The translations under genes and the position numbers were made by a program. A stretch of DNA of 64,000 nucleotides. It comes from Utricularia gibba. Taxonomy: Eukaryota; Plantae; Magnoliophyta. Shown here in pieces: positions 59,550 through 64,000 of this stretch. The notes under the pieces are model-generated. The model saw only the letters and a list, made by a program, of their open reading frames with translations. It searched no databases and was not told where the DNA came from. The stretch is from assembly GCA_002189035.1 (NCBI GenBank), contig NEEC01000009.1:3038001-3102000 (forward strand), given 5' to 3'. The stretch's first letter is position 1. Each line of letters begins with the position of its first letter.

Positions 59550-62269
59550 AGTTAGGTCTGGGAGACGACTCTCTGCAATTTTTGCTTGCTGGAGCCATTT
59601 GTACAGGCTGCCTATTCTTCTTCCCAAAAGGTGTGGTTGGAGGATGGGATCTCCAGCCCCCCATGTGTCTGGTTTTTGTGTTTCCTCTTTTGTGTGGTGG
59701 GCCAGGAAGAACAAGAAAAAAAAACAGCATGGAGTCATCTAGGTGCATGTGTTACTACACTTTGATAATCAACTAATTAAACATCTTTGATGTCCTTTTT
59801 TTTAATGTTTTTATTACATTCTCAATGGAGCCATAAATCAAGAAATAAAATTGTGAGCATATGTCAAGAAATATGAGCATGATTTGAATCGCACATGGGG
59901 CATTAATTAAAGATTTAGTGGGGATGAGTGCCTTGGATTAACAACACGTTTTCTTCTTCCGTGGCAAATTATTTATATCTTCCAAGAACAAGATGCATTT
60001 CAAAAATTAGATTTTAGTAAAAGGTTTCAAGATCTCGATCGTCAAAAATCGATTTATCGTTGAGCCGAACCGAACCGGGTGAAATTGATCATCATAAACA
60101 TCAATCGCTAAGAATTGGATTAATTTCTCCTCAACAAATAAGGGATTGAATCATGCATGTTGATGGGTCCACACAACATGGTTGCCGCCACTTGATTTCT
60201 CCCAACCAATTGAATCCCACTCCTTATATCTAGGTATTTATTTAATTTTTTGTTTTAAAAAGTTGTTAATAAAATACAAATTTTGGTACAGTCTTGTGTT
60301 TTCAAAAAATATTATATTGATAATTGAATATCAAATTAGATTAATTTTTGTTTAAAAAACAGTATGAATTTATAAACATCAATTTCTATTTTAGTTATCA
60401 GAATCAGAACCAAAAAATAAAAAGTAGAATCTTTAAATTTTAAAAAATAATAAATATTTCAAAATTTGTAGTCTTTTATAATATAAATTAATTATTCATA
60501 TTTATTAATAAAATTATTTTTAACAAAGAATACATTCCATCATCATGAGAATTAGTTTTTATAAAATTTATAACAAATAGTAAAGAGTCATGTTAGAATT
60601 TAAAGCAATTAATACAAAGTAAATATAGACTTTTTGGACAAAGAAACGGGACGCGAAAATTGGCTTCTAAACGCTAGATTAGGCATGTAAAAGTATTCTT
60701 TTTTTAAAGAAAAACAAGACTAGTAATCCAATAAATAAATAGAGAGGGTTAGTAGGACAACCTCGTAATTAATGGCTTGACTTCAACATAATTTCTTTAT
60801 TAAAAAATAAATATTTAATGTGCAGTCAAAACGTTATATTTCTTAAACTGGGCAGAAAAAATTTATTAGTCCAATATACGGAATCCCAAATAATTAATAC
60901 TACTCCGGCTACACACATTACTTACACCTAAACTATATATTATAAAAAAATATATAACTTTTTATATGCCACTTAAATGGAACATTTATGGAACATATGC
61001 AATTATTTCTACGTGAGTTTTGTTTCTTTTAATTTCAATAATGGAATACCGCCGTCAGTCAGTATATTGGATTGGATTACAATAGAGTACATCCGTACAA
61101 TGTTGTCGATTGGACTTGTATTGGGCCTGGTGTTTATGTCGATAGGCCCATGTCTCCTTACTATTTCAGGAATTGTGTGTTCCATTTGCAATATACATAT
61201 TAGCCAATTATTAAATACATTAATTTTTCCTATTCGCATCCATTGGTAGCTCATAAGTTATATTTTCTATAATATTTTTAAATAATCAACTAAATGGTGT
61301 GTTTGGTTCACCCTCCTTCGGGTAGACGTGATTTTCTTATTATTTGTGTCAATCTTTATATTCAATTAATAATAATAAATATAAATTTATAATTTTAATA
61401 ATATGAAAGTGAATGACAGTGGTCAACGGATTCACGGCACGGTAAACTTTTTAACTGATTCACAATCGCTCTTAAATTAGGGATCTGGAGGGGGATCGGT
61501 GGACGCGATCCTCGGAGTCCATGCGTCATGAAAAGGATCGGGAAAACGGCACCGGGAATCCGATCGCCTGATCAGGTACGAATCTGTACTGAAGAGCGTG
61601 TGATCCCCCTTTGAAAACCAATCCCCGGTCAAAACTTTAGGATAACCCTAGAAATCTGCCTACGAAGCGCTAGTTGAAGGTTTCGTTTCACCAGATTTCT
61701 AGTGTATCAGAAGCGCTGACTTCTCAAAGTCCTTTAGGGAGTAGGATTGGTGAAGAAAGAAAGGATCAGTTCATGAAGATACGGTTTAGAACAGGGTCGG
61801 GTCTCCAACTCCGAACCAAAATCAGGTATCATCCATAGCCTAACTATATTCCCTCTGTTTTCTGATTGTCGGGCAATTCATTTCTTATTCATTTTCCGAC
61901 TATTTTTATTCCATGTGTGTGCTTATTTTTTTTTTTTAGATTTTTTCACAAACTAAATGAATAAAATATACAATAAAAATCAATAATTTGAAAATAAAGT
62001 CAACACTTCTAAAGTTTGACAAAAATCCCATGTCAAAACCGAATCAGTGGAACACCAATTGGGTCTGAAATCCATTTTGAACAAGTCAAATTGGGTTAAT
62101 ATATACATTATTTTTTAAAAATTTTATATGACTAATTTATTTGTTGTACACTTGTAATATAAAAGTATGAGTCCATTTAATATAACTTTTCAAAAAGTTT
62201 TTTTCGTTCATATTTGATAACAAAACTATTTTAAGACTAGAAATTGTTTTTTAGATGGGAGAGTCGAAT

Positions 62270-62410
62270 CGGTTAACGATTATGAAATAAGAGAATGCAT
62301 GTAATATTATAATTACCGGTTAACCAGTATGAAGTAAGACAATGTATGTAATACTATAGTTACCGGTTAATGAGTATGAAATAAGACAATGTATGTGATA
62401 CTATAATTAC
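62270..62410. repeat. Minisatellite, 3 x 47 bp
   Basis: Units start at 62270, 62317, 62364; consensus CGGTTAAygagTATGAAaTAAGAcAATGtATGTaATAcTATAaTTAC. Confidence 0.9.
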
Positions 62411-62561
62411 CATAAATCAATCCATGTTACATAGATATAAGTCCTAAGGAAAGGGGAACACTGCATAAATGCCACTTGCTCTTCTTATTTAATGTCTGCT
62501 GCCTAACAAGAACTGCGTTCATTCATTAGTCATCATCTCATCAACCCTTGATCATGGTTAC

Positions 62562-63334
62562 TTAGATTAAGCTCCTGATGATGGCTGCCTCCTGGCTTTC
62601 TGCGTCAACAGTGGACAGAAGCTGGGACAGTCTCTCGCTTAGATCATCCACCTCTTTCTGCAGCTCCTTGATGTAGTTGCAGGCGTCTCCGAGCACCTTG
62701 TTCGCCGCCGCCTGTAATGGGTTCAGAAAGTGAAACCATGGCACACTGAGGAATGATCTGTAACATGATGAAGTTATGCACTCGTCCGACACATTTAATC
62801 CCATCGGATTTTCAATTGGGGAGATGAGATTTTGAATATTTACGTCTCTATGAATAAATGCCTCTTAAGTTGTTGCATCATTAGGTCTTCTTCCCCTTGA
62901 GGGCTATGGGTCAAATGGGCAGTTGAAAGCTGAGGACTGTAAAGGTAGGTGTTTGAAAGAGATGACGCTATCACATTTATATTGTTTTTTTCCGATGTGG
63001 GTATTTGTGTCAGTAAGAAAAAAACGATTCTTGACTGGATTACTGCCACCATTACCTTGTAACGATGTCTTGTGTATGCAGATGTGGAGTTGTGGAGAAA
63101 ACAAATAAACCAGTTGGGTGAAAAGAAGAAACTAGGGACTTTTTGGGGCTGGTTTTCAGTCAGGAAGGCGACAGACAGAACAATCAGGCATACCTTGTTC
63201 GATCTCCTACTGTTGGAGCGCATCTCAGGGAGGAGCCGGTGCAGCTTAGAAAGAAGGTCGACTATCTGATCGTCGGTTATTCGGGCGGCGCCGGAGCTGC
63301 TGCTGGTCGACATCCGGGACCTTCTACCTGACAT
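62562..63334 (-). CDS. PRE: PRE/BNQ/ILI-type atypical (non-DNA-binding) bHLH, 2 exons, 96 aa
   Basis: Exons 63334-63194 and 62711-62562; [53 protein letters not shown]. Confidence 0.92.
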
Positions 63335-64000
63335 GGTGGAAATGTAGGCAGGCTCTGGGAGTGAGTGTTGTTGTATGTGTGTGTCTGGGGATGGAAGTGA
63401 GTGAGTGACTTGCGGGATTTAAAGGCGCTCGGAAATGTGAGTGTGTTAAAGGCTCCGGTGGACCACTGAAGAAAGATCACTGAGGAATGGGGCATCATGC
63501 ATAGGTCACAAACAACAACGAAGGCAGTGATGTCTGATGTGAAAAAAGATCACTTCATTAGAAGGATTCATCAAATGCTATGATCTCAAGAATCTTCATT
63601 TAGGATCACCCCTTTCTGTAGGGCGAGTACCAAACTTCACAACAAAATAAAATAAATCAAAATACTTAGATATTGAAAACTATTTCCTCCTCCATTAATT
63701 ACATCAGATCCCTCCTGTGTCACTGTTTGGCCATTCCTGGGCGGTGGTTCCACAGATCAAAGCCGGTGAATAGCCTTCAAGTAACGTGATGGGTTAGCAG
63801 AGGAGCAGGGAGGGTCGAGTTTACAGGAACAATGGCACCATGACTGTGACGGGTGGTTGCCTGTCCAAAGAAGACACAAAAAAAAAAAAATCAAGTCGAT
63901 GTACTAAAAAAATATGGTTACATGTTAGATGTGGAAAATGGGTCGGCTTTCCTTTTCCAAGTAACGAACCAGAGCGACAGAAAGATTTCATTGTGTTTTT

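Noticed and set aside
22093-59776. Many 60-130 aa ORFs antisense or off-frame to real CDSs in the ORF track
   Set aside because: Shadow ORFs of GC-richer coding exons; no independent motifs.
60061-60080. TTGAGCCGAACC resembles a miR171 variant
   Set aside because: Match ends after about 12 nt and runs into AACCG repeats; no star arm.
60977-61254. Hydrophobic ORFs on both strands in AT-rich DNA
   Set aside because: Composition-driven, with no family motif or promoter context.
21810-63334. BIR2, PUB40 and PRE as a brassinosteroid pathway cluster
   Set aside because: Spread over 41 kb among unrelated genes; large families and old synteny explain it.

Overview
Plant (eudicot-like) nuclear DNA, very gene-dense: 21 protein-coding loci in 64 kb (about one per 3 kb), many 65-110 nt introns and several intergenic spacers of only 260-460 nt. 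In order: C3HC/NIPA-like zinc finger (+), HD-Zip I ATHB1/HAT5 (+), BOP1 (+), ATL RING-H2 (+), ATL46-like RING-H2 (-), clade-2 glutamate receptor-like probable pseudogene (-), PUB40-like U-box (-), DUF760 (+), DUF761-like (-), BIR2-like LRR pseudokinase (+), MYB35/TDF1 (-), prolyl 4-hydroxylase (-), AGCVIII kinase (-), GlcAT14 (-), pectate lyase (+), SSRP1 (-), conserved uncharacterised membrane protein (-), mitochondrial GUF1/LepA (-), HD-Zip I HAT7/ATHB13-like (-), glutaredoxin-like (+), PRE/ILI atypical bHLH (-). Best-supported unusual signals: an AT-AC U12-type intron in BOP1, the conserved peptide uORF (CPuORF33 type) upstream of ATHB1, two GC-AG introns, and seven genes each broken by a -1 frameshift that is repaired by adding one base to a G/C homopolymer (most likely long-read consensus errors, since SSRP1 is among them). 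The GLR gene has additional non-homopolymer lesions and looks genuinely dead. A 1.6-kb unexplained region (13.8-15.4 kb) holds an intron-like tract, a 98-nt fold-back and a small hydrophobic ORF. No CRISPR, rRNA, tRNA or intact transposon was recognised. I found no convincing wholly new system; family assignments come from recalled motifs, not from database searches, and the species cannot be determined.
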